Part shown: positions 35,942 through 45,949 of the stretch, piece after piece | Layout: each line of letters opens with the position of its first letter | How positions within the stretch are numbered: position 1 is the first letter of the stretch | Virus record (IMG/VR): IMGVR_UViG_3300025151_000022 | Span: 24,236 to 88,235 of that record | Reading direction: 5' to 3' (one strand) | DNA length: 64,000 nt | Origin: a virus | Made by a program: the position numbers and the translations under genes | The notes under the pieces: model-generated | The model's input: the letters and a program-made list of their open reading frames with translations, nothing else | Database searches by the model: none | Told to the model about the DNA's origin: nothing

Positions 35942-36589
35942 TTATACTTTGACACATTCTTGTTGGAATTTTTTTCCTCCAACTTTTGAATCTTTTTTAC
36001 CGCAGGCATCACTAATTCCACGAATCATAGATCCATAAATTTTTAATACACTATTAGCACAAATTTCACATGTTCCTGGAGATGCAATTTTAATAAAACT
36101 TTTAGCATTAATCAGAACTTTTTTAGCATCTAAGTAAAAATTTTCTGTTGCCGTCATTTTTATATTGCCTTGACTTCCATCAGAACCTCTAGCAACGAAC
36201 TCAATATCGTCCGCTTCCATTCTAATTTTGCCATTAGTCGCTACAATAACGATATTACCATTCTTTGCATTTAATATCAAGCTGTCTTGACTTTGCTCAT
36301 TAGCACTTCCACACTCTACTTGAAAATTTCCAGGAGCAATAGATGATGTCCATCCTTTTCTTTGTCCATCTTCATCCAGACAAATAGAATGTTCTCCATC
36401 AAATCCTTGTAAGAGAACAGATGATGTTACATCACCTTCTTTATGAATATGACCAAAAGAAATAGATCCATGATTATTTCCATATCTTACAGCATCATAA
36501 TTTGTCTTTGCCGTATCTGTTGGATTTTTTGATGGATTAGCTCTAGGTATTCTGTCAAGCGACTTCGAACTATTTGCAGAGATTGGCAT
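35942..36589 (-). CDS. Putative baseplate spike (gp5 C-terminal beta-helix-like) protein
   Basis: 215 aa; short beta-strand repeats (LNAKNGNIVIVATNGKIRMEADDIEF) downstream of gp5. Confidence 0.5.
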   Translation of the reverse strand: MPISANSSKSLDRIPRANPSKNPTDTAKTNYDAVRYGNNHGSISFGHIHKEGDVTSSVLLQGFDGEHSICLDEDGQRKGWTSSIAPGNFQVECGSANEQSQDSLILNAKNGNIVIVATNGKIRMEADDIEFVARGSDGSQGNIKMTATENFYLDAKKVLINAKSFIKIASPGTCEICANSVLKIYGSMIRGISDACGKKDSKVGGKKFQQECVKV

Positions 36590-36626
36590 CTAGTTATATT
36601 ATTTGTGTAGTAACTATTTAACGACT

Positions 36627-39600
36627 TTATGTAAGATTCTCTGGAGTACCTGGAATATTGAGGCGAGGATCGTTGCTTTGAATGTTCGTACCCTGCCTCT
36701 GAATTGCTGATGGTTTCGTAGTAACAACTCCATCGATGCTTTCTTGTAAAGTGTCATAGACCTGAACAAGATCTCCTGGAGTTTCATAATAACCAGCATA
36801 ACGTATTCCATCTTTGTAAAATACTGCGCCATAGTATGGTCTTCCCTCAACATAACCAGTCTGCTCAAGACCAACCAAATCAGTGACCTGAATCAACTTC
36901 TCTGGTTCAGCAATTGGATCGCGAATGACTTCGAATTGTGGTCTGAATCTAGCATTTACTCCTGTATCAGAAACCATTGTAATTTCTGGATATTGTGTAA
37001 ATCCAAATCCACCATCCAAAACTTTTACTTTTCTTATTTTACCGAAGGGGTCACACTCATAATCAAGAATAGCACCATTACTAGGAGTAATTTGAAGTTG
37101 ATCTACACCACAATTATAGTTGATTCCTGGATTTTCAACTTCAATGCTTCTTAATTTTAATGCAACTGGATAACCTTCTCCTGGCGGCGCAACATATCCA
37201 TTTCCTGGATCATCAACATCCACTCTACAGACAATACCTTGTCCCCTAACTTCTTTTGGACATGGTGGTGGTATAAGTATTGCAGAAATACCCATTGGAT
37301 TTAACTTCCATGATTGAGTGCCATCAGAAACTTTGACATCTGTTGTAATCTTACATGCTACATTCGTAGGATTTGTTGCAAAAGGTCCCCGCTGTTCACC
37401 CTGATTAAACAGTTCAATTTCAACTGTTTTCTTTCCAATATTTGAAGTGAACTCTCTAGTAACAATACCTTCAAATGTTTTTGCCACTGCAACTTCTATA
37501 CCATCAACAAAAACTTTCGCTACATCATCACCTTCCACTTGAATTTGATATTTACCTAGAGTAGGAAAGTCAACATTAGTCCACTTCATACGCCAAGTTT
37601 TTCCTTGGAAATTTGCCAAGTAATCTTCATCATTTTTATATGCTGGAGTAATAAAAGGTCCCAATCTACCTTTCAGATAAGTTGATAATCTTGGACCGCT
37701 ATAAGTAACTCCATTCCTGGTAGCACCACCAGCAGTTCCTCCTTTTAATTTTGTATCTCCATCAACTATAAATTTACAAGTTGCTTTATTTGCTCCTTGT
37801 TTGAAATCAAAAAATCTTCCCTTGCTTGCTGCACAAGTTAAATCTGACCAATCATTATCTCCTGCCTCTTCTGTTTGAAGAACTCCTCCGCGAGTTCTCA
37901 ATCTAACTCCTGACTTACTCTCTGGACTAAAGACTTCGACCGTATATACTCTTCCAGCTTCAACTTCCTTTGTAACACTAGACCTTATCTGAGATCCTCC
38001 ATATGATTTACCAACGTCCAATCCAATATCAGGTATTCTAATTCTATTAGAATACTTTGCGGAACTATTAATATTGAAATTAACATTGGTTCTGCTAATT
38101 GAAGTTTTAGCTGCTGTTGCCCATTTTGCTGTATCAAAAACAACTCCTCTAACAGTTTTTGTTATCTCCTGAGAATAGTTTTCAAGTTGAACTTCAATAG
38201 TATGCCTTCCTTCAGAAAGGAATATTTTTTTGGTATTAGGATTTTCAGTTTTAAATCCCTGTAATGATTTTCCTCCAAATTTTGCTCCAGAGAAATACCC
38301 ACCTATTAATTGTTCTTTTCCGTCTATAAGTATTCTTCCAGCATTATCAACCGTTCCTTGAAGCCCATAGAAACCTTCATATGGGATTTCAATATCCCAT
38401 CTATTACTATAAACAACCCCACCATTATCTGTTCCTTTTGTTGCAAGAGGAGGAACAGGAGAAATAGCATATCTATCTTGAAACTTACCCCACCTACCAA
38501 GAGTATCTACAACTGGCCACCATCTTGATGATGCTCCAGGAAATCTAGTTGTCCAAATTGGATTATTTGGACATCTTCCTTCCTGTTGAGGAATGGGTTC
38601 TTGAGGAATTGGTGGAAGGGGTGCATCAATCGTGAGAGCAACTCCCATCGGATTTACCGTCCAAGACTTAGGAGAAACTACTACTGTGTCTACATTCTCA
38701 GTAGAGATATTGATTGCAACGCCCATAGGGTTTCCATCAGATAATCCTTTACCTGGTTTTTGTTGTAATTCAACTCTAATTCTATAACTACCTTTTTTAA
38801 AGTATCTCGTATAAGAACTTTTACCAGTGCTTTTTCCTGGACCACTAAATCCTATCTTTGTAATTATTGTTTCATCTCCACCCCTAGTAACACTTCTCAA
38901 TCCATTTCCAATTTCTTTTCTTCCTCCTCCAGATCTATTTCCAATAAAAATTTTCGCATTATCATCAGCCATTACTTCAATAATATAGTTTCCATCAATC
39001 GGGAAATCAACTTTTTCCCATCTAATCAGATGAGTGCCAGCAAAAGAATCTGATGTTTTGTTTGGGTAGTTAGTTTTTTGTGCTCTACTAGTTGGAACTC
39101 TTACTGCTTTAGTGCTCAAAATTTCTAGTAGACCATTTTGATCAAATCCATTGTTAATATCATCATCAAATCCAATACTCCTAGAATCAATACTTTTGAA
39201 TCCGCTAGTTGGACTTCCACCAATAACTTTTATATCATAAGTTTTACCTGCAGTAAAAACACCACTACCATAAATGGTTTCTCTTTTTTTACCACTCAAA
39301 TAAGTGCCTCTACCAGCTTGTCGAGTTTTAATATCTCTTTTAAGTGTTACTTGATCAGTATCTGTATCGATAATAACTTCTTTTGCAAATACTCCTGAAG
39401 TTCTAAGGTTGTCATTAACTTTTAATTTAAAATTAACTTTGACTTGTCCAGTACCTGTAACCTTTAATTTTAAATTTCTTCCATCACTTACAAGTTTTAC
39501 TTGGGGTTTTTCTAATCTTGTATTAGAAGCAGGAACGTCTTGTATTACTTCTTTTCCTGGATCAAAAGGAAGAACACCAAATCGATTCAAGAAGTCAGAC

Positions 39601-40817
39601 CCTCTTCTTGAACCTGGATTCATTTTCCAGAGTCTTCTATCCGCCTTATCAATAGAATCTAAGGTATTAAAGATATTTTGAGAACCATCTGTTCCTTTTA
39701 CTGTTTCTTTAATAGGAACATTAAGTAAATCTAATCTGATTTTATGAACACCAGATTTCATAAATTTTTTAAATTTGGATCCATTTCCCTTGAATCCACC
39801 AAGGTCCATTACCTTACTATTATCAAGATATAGTTGACCTTTGTTGTCACAAGCACCTCTGAATACATACTCTCCATCAAATGGAAAATTTTCTTCCCAC
39901 TCAAAAGTGTAAGGAATTCCTGCAAAATCACTACCTGCCCTATTTGTTGGTGGTACTGGAGAAATGCTATACCTATTCATAAAGTCACTCCAAGCAGGAT
40001 GCTTGGAGTTATATCTTACTCTATTTTTAGAGGTTGGAGAAGTGACATTTAATGGGACTTCTTTTCTAGTATTCCACCAAGGTTTTGTGATTTGTGATAA
40101 AAATCTTTGGTACTTATCAATTTCTCTTCGAAAAGGATTTTTATCTGTATTGGCATATATTCTAGGATTCCAATCGCCAAGAACTTTTCCTTCGGGTGTA
40201 AATCTCTGACCAAATCCCACTTCATCTTCATCTGGACAAAAATATTCTTCAAAATCTTTTTCTGTAGAAAAGTATTGAGTTACGGACTCTACTTCACAAA
40301 GAATAGCACGAGTTACTGCTCCACTTCCAATATCAAGATCATCATCTACCTTAACATATGGAGCATACTTATATCCAAATCCACCAGACTCTAAATCAAT
40401 TGCCAGTAAAGATCCATCTGAACCAATTACGGGGTTTCCTTTTGCACCAATACCACCACCGCCAAAAAAGTGTACTCTGGTTTTATAATCATCAAAACCA
40501 CCAGAACCACTAATTCCAGATAATCTATCAATCTCATTTAATCCAATAACGGGATTACAATTTCCATTATTAGCAGTCTTCTTAGGTTCAATATCTTCAA
40601 TAGTTAAAGCATTAACATCATTAATGTTTAAATATCTTACTCCGTCTCTGTTGTTGAGAATAAAAGTTGTTCCTGGATTTTTCTTTGCATAACAATTTGC
40701 ATCAGGAACAGATACATTCTGAATAAATCCTCTATCCGTAGAAATATATCCTACACGGATATTATCCTTGGAAGTTTCTTGAAATAAATTAAAATTAATT
40801 TCTCCTGGAGTCGCCAT
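36627..40817 (-). CDS. Large virion protein with about 4 PA14-like domains
   Basis: 1396 aa; repeats W...FP.DG.Y......D(D/N)...(L/I).(L/I)D(G/N)...G.H.I.(L/V).L.N. Confidence 0.7.
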   Translation of the reverse strand: MATPGEINFNLFQETSKDNIRVGYISTDRGFIQNVSVPDANCYAKKNPGTTFILNNRDGVRYLNINDVNALTIEDIEPKKTANNGNCNPVIGLNEIDRLSGISGSGGFDDYKTRVHFFGGGGIGAKGNPVIGSDGSLLAIDLESGGFGYKYAPYVKVDDDLDIGSGAVTRAILCEVESVTQYFSTEKDFEEYFCPDEDEVGFGQRFTPEGKVLGDWNPRIYANTDKNPFRREIDKYQRFLSQITKPWWNTRKEVPLNVTSPTSKNRVRYNSKHPAWSDFMNRYSISPVPPTNRAGSDFAGIPYTFEWEENFPFDGEYVFRGACDNKGQLYLDNSKVMDLGGFKGNGSKFKKFMKSGVHKIRLDLLNVPIKETVKGTDGSQNIFNTLDSIDKADRRLWKMNPGSRRGSDFLNRFGVLPFDPGKEVIQDVPASNTRLEKPQVKLVSDGRNLKLKVTGTGQVKVNFKLKVNDNLRTSGVFAKEVIIDTDTDQVTLKRDIKTRQAGRGTYLSGKKRETIYGSGVFTAGKTYDIKVIGGSPTSGFKSIDSRSIGFDDDINNGFDQNGLLEILSTKAVRVPTSRAQKTNYPNKTSDSFAGTHLIRWEKVDFPIDGNYIIEVMADDNAKIFIGNRSGGGRKEIGNGLRSVTRGGDETIITKIGFSGPGKSTGKSSYTRYFKKGSYRIRVELQQKPGKGLSDGNPMGVAINISTENVDTVVVSPKSWTVNPMGVALTIDAPLPPIPQEPIPQQEGRCPNNPIWTTRFPGASSRWWPVVDTLGRWGKFQDRYAISPVPPLATKGTDNGGVVYSNRWDIEIPYEGFYGLQGTVDNAGRILIDGKEQLIGGYFSGAKFGGKSLQGFKTENPNTKKIFLSEGRHTIEVQLENYSQEITKTVRGVVFDTAKWATAAKTSISRTNVNFNINSSAKYSNRIRIPDIGLDVGKSYGGSQIRSSVTKEVEAGRVYTVEVFSPESKSGVRLRTRGGVLQTEEAGDNDWSDLTCAASKGRFFDFKQGANKATCKFIVDGDTKLKGGTAGGATRNGVTYSGPRLSTYLKGRLGPFITPAYKNDEDYLANFQGKTWRMKWTNVDFPTLGKYQIQVEGDDVAKVFVDGIEVAVAKTFEGIVTREFTSNIGKKTVEIELFNQGEQRGPFATNPTNVACKITTDVKVSDGTQSWKLNPMGISAILIPPPCPKEVRGQGIVCRVDVDDPGNGYVAPPGEGYPVALKLRSIEVENPGINYNCGVDQLQITPSNGAILDYECDPFGKIRKVKVLDGGFGFTQYPEITMVSDTGVNARFRPQFEVIRDPIAEPEKLIQVTDLVGLEQTGYVEGRPYYGAVFYKDGIRYAGYYETPGDLVQVYDTLQESIDGVVTTKPSAIQRQGTNIQSNDPRLNIPGTPENLT

Positions 40818-40853
40818 TTATGCTTTTACTACCCAGCTTCATGGAGATATTTA

Positions 40854-42611
40854 TCACGAATACACAACATCAGATTGTTCTTTAGTTGGTTCAACAAATG
40901 GTACACCAGGTTTAGCAGATATGTTTGTAGGTAAGACAGCAGAATCCGCAATGGATTTAATATTTGGTTTTTGTGGTTCTTTTTGACCTAGACTTCCTGC
41001 AGCGAATTGATAGAAATCAGAAACTGCTTCTTCTGGTTTCAATTCAAAACCAAATAAATTTATAACAAGATTTGTAAAATTAAGTGCAGAAGAAATATTA
41101 CCACTAATGGAACTCAATTGATTCGAAACATCATCAAGACTTCCTCCTACACCTGCAATTTGTTGCTCAATGTCAGTCAAAAATCCACTTACATTTTCAA
41201 AAATTGTTTGATTATAATCATTTATTTGTGTTCTATTTGCAGACATTACTTGACCAGCAATATCTTCTGCATAGCAAGCTGGTATTTTTGGTTTTTTCCT
41301 ATTAGAAAAAGATCCATCAGTATTATCTCTTGCAGCAGATTCTAATTGATCGAGATTGAATGTGTTACTTAATACACCCTCAATAAGATCACAAAGACCA
41401 CTTGTCATTTTTCCATATAAAGACATAAACAATTCAGTAAGAATCTCTTTCACATCAGCAAACATATACCTGAAACTTGACGGCATAGCAGAAACTGCTT
41501 TTGATAATGCCTCATTTAATACTTTCAAAACGTATTCCATAAGTCTATCAAATAAAGGTTTCATATATTTTGCAATTTGACATGCAATATTATGCATCAA
41601 CCTTTTAATATCACCTATCTTACTAGAGGCTGCATCAACATAACTGGACAAAGAACTTAGATACTTATCTAATTTTTGAGTAAAATTATCAATCTCAGTT
41701 TGCATTCCTTTCATGGATGATTCTAGGAAAGCATCTGGATCGGGTTTCAATAAAACAATTTTTTCTTTATATTTTTCAGATCTGTTTATATCAGCTACTG
41801 AAAGTTCATGTACAGCATCAACATTTTCCTTTGTAACTCCAGGTTGTGTTGGTGATGAAGAACTATTTGCTTGTTGGCATCTATTTTTTATACCTTCGGC
41901 AACTCTTCTCTGAACCAGTTCATCTCTTTCAGCACCAGATAATCCTCTTTCTTCCGCTTCTACTCTAGCACTTTGAGCATCTCCAAATTGCTGTGAAGTG
42001 AGAGGAAGATCAGACCTCAACCCAAAAGCGTTTACCTGTACCCCAGAAGGAACTGTAGCGCATTCTTTTGCTTGCTCTGGAGTCTTTGGTTTTGTCGTTA
42101 TGAGACCCTCATCAGGGACTCTTTCCTTTGCAGATCCTGTTTTTGGAGAAGTTCCAGACGCATAACCACTTGTCGCTAAAGATCCTGGTTGCGTATTACT
42201 AACTCTGTTGTCACCAATTTTAGTTGCAAGTGGAGTTTGTGCATTATTTCCAAGCACACCCATAATAACAGGGACTTGCTGGTCTTGTCCATCTAGAAAA
42301 AAACCAAATACCATCATTCCTTGACGAAGGTTTGATGTCTGTCCAGAATTTGTTTGCCCGCCTCCCGCAGTGATGGGATACATTACATTTGCCCACGGAA
42401 GTTGATCCGATGGGATTTCATTTTCACCTTGATCATGGAGTCCCATGATTCTTACTTTATATCTTCTACCCCATCCAGGAATACTGTTTGGATCTTCATG
42501 CTTACCTGAAAGCATGTTGTCTCTCCAGGTAGAGTCGTCAGCAATCTGACCAATCCACCATAAAAAACTACCTCCTAAAAATCCAGGATTAAATAAAGAT
42601 CCTCCTTCCAT
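40854..42611 (-). CDS. gp5: Baseplate hub subunit gp5 (N-terminal OB fold; no lysozyme domain seen)
   Basis: WWIGQI...RYKVRIMGLH...LPWA...VFGFFLDG..QQVPVIMG. Confidence 0.8.
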   Translation of the reverse strand: MEGGSLFNPGFLGGSFLWWIGQIADDSTWRDNMLSGKHEDPNSIPGWGRRYKVRIMGLHDQGENEIPSDQLPWANVMYPITAGGGQTNSGQTSNLRQGMMVFGFFLDGQDQQVPVIMGVLGNNAQTPLATKIGDNRVSNTQPGSLATSGYASGTSPKTGSAKERVPDEGLITTKPKTPEQAKECATVPSGVQVNAFGLRSDLPLTSQQFGDAQSARVEAEERGLSGAERDELVQRRVAEGIKNRCQQANSSSSPTQPGVTKENVDAVHELSVADINRSEKYKEKIVLLKPDPDAFLESSMKGMQTEIDNFTQKLDKYLSSLSSYVDAASSKIGDIKRLMHNIACQIAKYMKPLFDRLMEYVLKVLNEALSKAVSAMPSSFRYMFADVKEILTELFMSLYGKMTSGLCDLIEGVLSNTFNLDQLESAARDNTDGSFSNRKKPKIPACYAEDIAGQVMSANRTQINDYNQTIFENVSGFLTDIEQQIAGVGGSLDDVSNQLSSISGNISSALNFTNLVINLFGFELKPEEAVSDFYQFAAGSLGQKEPQKPNIKSIADSAVLPTNISAKPGVPFVEPTKEQSDVVYS

Positions 42612-42617
42612 TAATTA

Positions 42618-42836
42618 TTAATCCTCGTAGATTCTACACTCGTCAGCTTCTGGATTCTCATCGCAGTACATTTCGAATGCTGTTGGATCATGATCATCAT
42701 CGGGATGATTCGCTTGATACAACTCAAGATGATCTAGTTCGTCTGCTACATGACGACGCATTTGTGGAGACAGAGTTCCGTTCTCCAGCATATCTTTATC
42801 GTCATTGATGTGTTGTTGAATGCTTCGATCAGTCAT
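42618..42836 (-). CDS. cp12: CP12 Calvin-cycle inhibitor (phage type)
   Basis: C-terminal FEMYCDENPEADECRIYED CP12 signature. Confidence 0.92.
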   Translation of the reverse strand: MTDRSIQQHINDDKDMLENGTLSPQMRRHVADELDHLELYQANHPDDDHDPTAFEMYCDENPEADECRIYED

Positions 42837-44176
42837 AGTTTTCTGTTGTTAGATGTATGGTTTCCGATTCTACCAAAAGAATCTCGCATTAGGTTTAACT
42901 TAGTATAAGTTTCCTTTGGGGTAATATAGTGACATAAATCTATTATAATATATAGACCCCCAGTTTCCTTACTAACCTCATCAGATCCCTCAACATCAAG
43001 TTCTGGTACATCCAGAAATACTGCATCTCCTGCATGTAGAGAAAAATCTCCAGGAAGAGTTACAGTTGCTTGGGATGAGAAGAACTGATTATATCTCATA
43101 TTTGCCTGATTTACAATATCCCTGTATTCAAAGTTTTCTTCTCGTGACTTTTGTATTTGCTGTTGCGTATTCCCAGAAGGAAGAGTACCTTTGTCTAAAA
43201 CAAAATATGAAGTTCTGGAAAACTCTTTATTATTTCCATCTCTAGTAAACTCCTGATTCAATTTAGGTAAAGACCTCCCAGCAAGAGTAAGAGACTGTTC
43301 TTTTTCTATAAAGTTTGGTGTCAAAACTTCATAGTGTAAAGTGAAAGGATCAAACAGAATAGTTCTTGTAGAATATGATCCCATCTTCAATTTTTCCTGA
43401 ACGTTAATTTTATTATCATGACTATATTCAAGTGCTTTTATATCATATCCTGCAGGTAAATCTTTAGTTTGATTAAAAATGATTGACTTCTTTTTTTCTT
43501 GACCAAGTAACCCATCAATTGATTTAAACTTGAATCCCTCTGCAGTTTCAAATAAAAAGTAACCAGCACTATCGCCCTTTGTTTGATTCTCGGATGATAT
43601 ACCTTTTTTAGACAACCAGTTAATTAGATAAAAGGGTTTCTTATTATCCCCCACAAAATTAAAATTATTAGATGTTTCTTCAATGTCTACATTTTTTTGA
43701 GTTCCAAGGTAGTTATTATCTGTCAATAATTTTCTAACAGAGTTAGAAAGTTTGCCATCGAATCTCTCAAAAACTCTTACCTTATCATTCAAAATAAATT
43801 CTTTAGACGTTAGATCTAATCTCACCATCGACTTTCTCGTGTCTTCAGAAAGAGGAGTGACTTTATTTACATAGAGTGGGTTATTTTTCTTATCAGAAAA
43901 CTCTATTATATTATCATTATTATCTTTAAACTTAAGAGAAACTTTTTCTGTTCCTACAATTGGTAAACCTTCCAATACAGTTTTATTATTGACCGAATTT
44001 CCAGTATCTGCATAAGTAACAACTGCACTTACATTATCATGCAACACACTTTCATAATAAGAAAGGTTTACAATACCTGTTAGGAGATTTGCATCTAATG
44101 TACCTTCATTAGATGTAATTGCAATGTTCTCGATAGAAGCAGGTGTTGTTTGTCTTGATACAATACTTTCTGACAT
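42833..44176 (-). CDS. Putative baseplate hub/tail protein (gp27-like)
   Basis: 447 aa; YYESV, GYFLFETAEGFKFKSID, PGDFSLHAGD, GGLYII..LCH, TKLNLMRDS; adjacent to gp5. Confidence 0.6.
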   Translation of the reverse strand: MSESIVSRQTTPASIENIAITSNEGTLDANLLTGIVNLSYYESVLHDNVSAVVTYADTGNSVNNKTVLEGLPIVGTEKVSLKFKDNNDNIIEFSDKKNNPLYVNKVTPLSEDTRKSMVRLDLTSKEFILNDKVRVFERFDGKLSNSVRKLLTDNNYLGTQKNVDIEETSNNFNFVGDNKKPFYLINWLSKKGISSENQTKGDSAGYFLFETAEGFKFKSIDGLLGQEKKKSIIFNQTKDLPAGYDIKALEYSHDNKINVQEKLKMGSYSTRTILFDPFTLHYEVLTPNFIEKEQSLTLAGRSLPKLNQEFTRDGNNKEFSRTSYFVLDKGTLPSGNTQQQIQKSREENFEYRDIVNQANMRYNQFFSSQATVTLPGDFSLHAGDAVFLDVPELDVEGSDEVSKETGGLYIIIDLCHYITPKETYTKLNLMRDSFGRIGNHTSNNRKL

Positions 44177-44199
44177 TGATTTATACCTCTTAATTATAT

Positions 44200-45939
44200 T
44201 TAACCTTGAGAAGCGAGGAACTCAAAAGGATCCTCAGATCTGGATGCACTAAAATTAAGATACATGGAAGATTTTTCACTGTATGGAGTTTGTTTTACCA
44301 CTTCTTTTATTTTTTCTACAATAACAACCTGTGAGGATAATGCCTCATATGGAGCATAATCTCGTATCGCCTGCATGACGCCATCATATCCCTCTGCTTG
44401 GTTGATTGCAAGTAACATGTCTCTAGCAGGTCCTTGACTGTCAGCATCAATAACAATTTCTTTTCCTTCTTCACCAAGCATAGCAAGGTGAGGATATCCT
44501 AGGGTTTCGCCACCTTTTGCATATGCCACATGAACATGGTCTCCATGACCAGCAGGATCAGTTCCACCATGAATAAGTTCTACTGGAGAAACTCCCTTCA
44601 TTTTATTGAAGTCTTCAATTACTTTCAAGATAGGACCTTGTTCATATGTCCAAGCACCAATATCAAGTGCTCTACCTTTATAGTGCCAAGAATTTGCAGA
44701 GTGTTTCCCTCTTACTCCACCAAAATCAGGATGTTCTGTAATTGCTTGATAGTCTTTTGGGGTCGAAAGTTTTGATTGTATATATTTTCCTGCTTCACCT
44801 GCAAGATTTGTTGCTGATCCAGATGGAATTCCAATATTAGTTCCTGCGCGAGTATAATCTTCAGGTTCCTCATCAAGATCCTCTACAGGTTTTTTCTTGT
44901 CAAAGAATGTATCATATAACCATTTACCTGCAATATCACCAGCAAGACCACCCAACGCACCACCAACAAAATTTCCTGCAACAGGAATAATAGATCCAGC
45001 AGTAGCACCGAGAGCACCAAAAATTGTAGCACCAATCGCTGCGAATGCTGCTCTTCCTACTGGTTCTTTAAATACAAAGTAATTCAGTGCAAAATCAATT
45101 AATCCACCAAGGATTGGTATTCTCCTAACAAAGGGACTAACAAATCTTTTTGCTAATGTTCTTGCTGCCAGTGATTGTGCTGCTTGTCTACCAAATCTTC
45201 TTGTTGCTGCTCTCTGACCATATCGTCGAGCATATCTTTGGGCAACGCTTCTTGATACACTTCTACCAGTTCGACCTCTTGATAATCCATCAATTCCAGT
45301 TCTAGGTCTTGGGTCACGCATTGCTGCCGAGGTGGCACCTATCAAAACAATTGCATTCAAAAGTTTAAATAAATTATCTCCAAGAGTATCAAAATTTTTT
45401 ACGGCATCGTCTCCAAACTTATCACCAATAAAATTTCTTGTGCCATCAATGGCATTCTGTCCCCACAATAAAAACGTACCTAAAGCATCTATAATTCCAA
45501 TAACAAAATCTGTTATAAAGTTAAAAGTATTTTCAATTATTGGTAAAAATCTTTCAATAATAGGAGCATATTCTATTAGTCTAGTCAGAATAAATCCCAT
45601 TAAAATATTTCCAAAAAAATCTTTGATTCTGTCAAAAAATTTTACTTTAGGAATTTTTAATTTAGTATCCTTAGATTTCTTTTCTTCAGAAGTTTCTAAA
45701 GTTTTCTCCGCATTCTGACGTTTTTCTTTTTCATCTTGTCTCTTTTTACTATCTATTTCTTTCTTTTCAGATGCAAGAGTACCTTTTAATATCTTATCAA
45801 TCTCTATAACTTTTTCTTTTATAACAAATGTTTTTTTATTGGTTACTGAAGATCCAACAGATCTAACCGCAGTCGGTTTTGAAATTGATAGAGAACTAAT
45901 TTTTGCTTGAGGTAAAAACTTTTGAGTACTAAGTGCCAT
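44200..45939 (-). CDS. Tape-measure-like tail protein with an M15-like Zn peptidase domain
   Basis: 579 aa; coiled coil, Gly/Ala hydrophobic stretch, then SWHYKGRALDI (H-x6-D) and HGDHVHV (HxH). Confidence 0.6.
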   Translation of the reverse strand: MALSTQKFLPQAKISSLSISKPTAVRSVGSSVTNKKTFVIKEKVIEIDKILKGTLASEKKEIDSKKRQDEKEKRQNAEKTLETSEEKKSKDTKLKIPKVKFFDRIKDFFGNILMGFILTRLIEYAPIIERFLPIIENTFNFITDFVIGIIDALGTFLLWGQNAIDGTRNFIGDKFGDDAVKNFDTLGDNLFKLLNAIVLIGATSAAMRDPRPRTGIDGLSRGRTGRSVSRSVAQRYARRYGQRAATRRFGRQAAQSLAARTLAKRFVSPFVRRIPILGGLIDFALNYFVFKEPVGRAAFAAIGATIFGALGATAGSIIPVAGNFVGGALGGLAGDIAGKWLYDTFFDKKKPVEDLDEEPEDYTRAGTNIGIPSGSATNLAGEAGKYIQSKLSTPKDYQAITEHPDFGGVRGKHSANSWHYKGRALDIGAWTYEQGPILKVIEDFNKMKGVSPVELIHGGTDPAGHGDHVHVAYAKGGETLGYPHLAMLGEEGKEIVIDADSQGPARDMLLAINQAEGYDGVMQAIRDYAPYEALSSQVVIVEKIKEVVKQTPYSEKSSMYLNFSASRSEDPFEFLASQG

Positions 45940-45949
45940 TTTTTAATCC

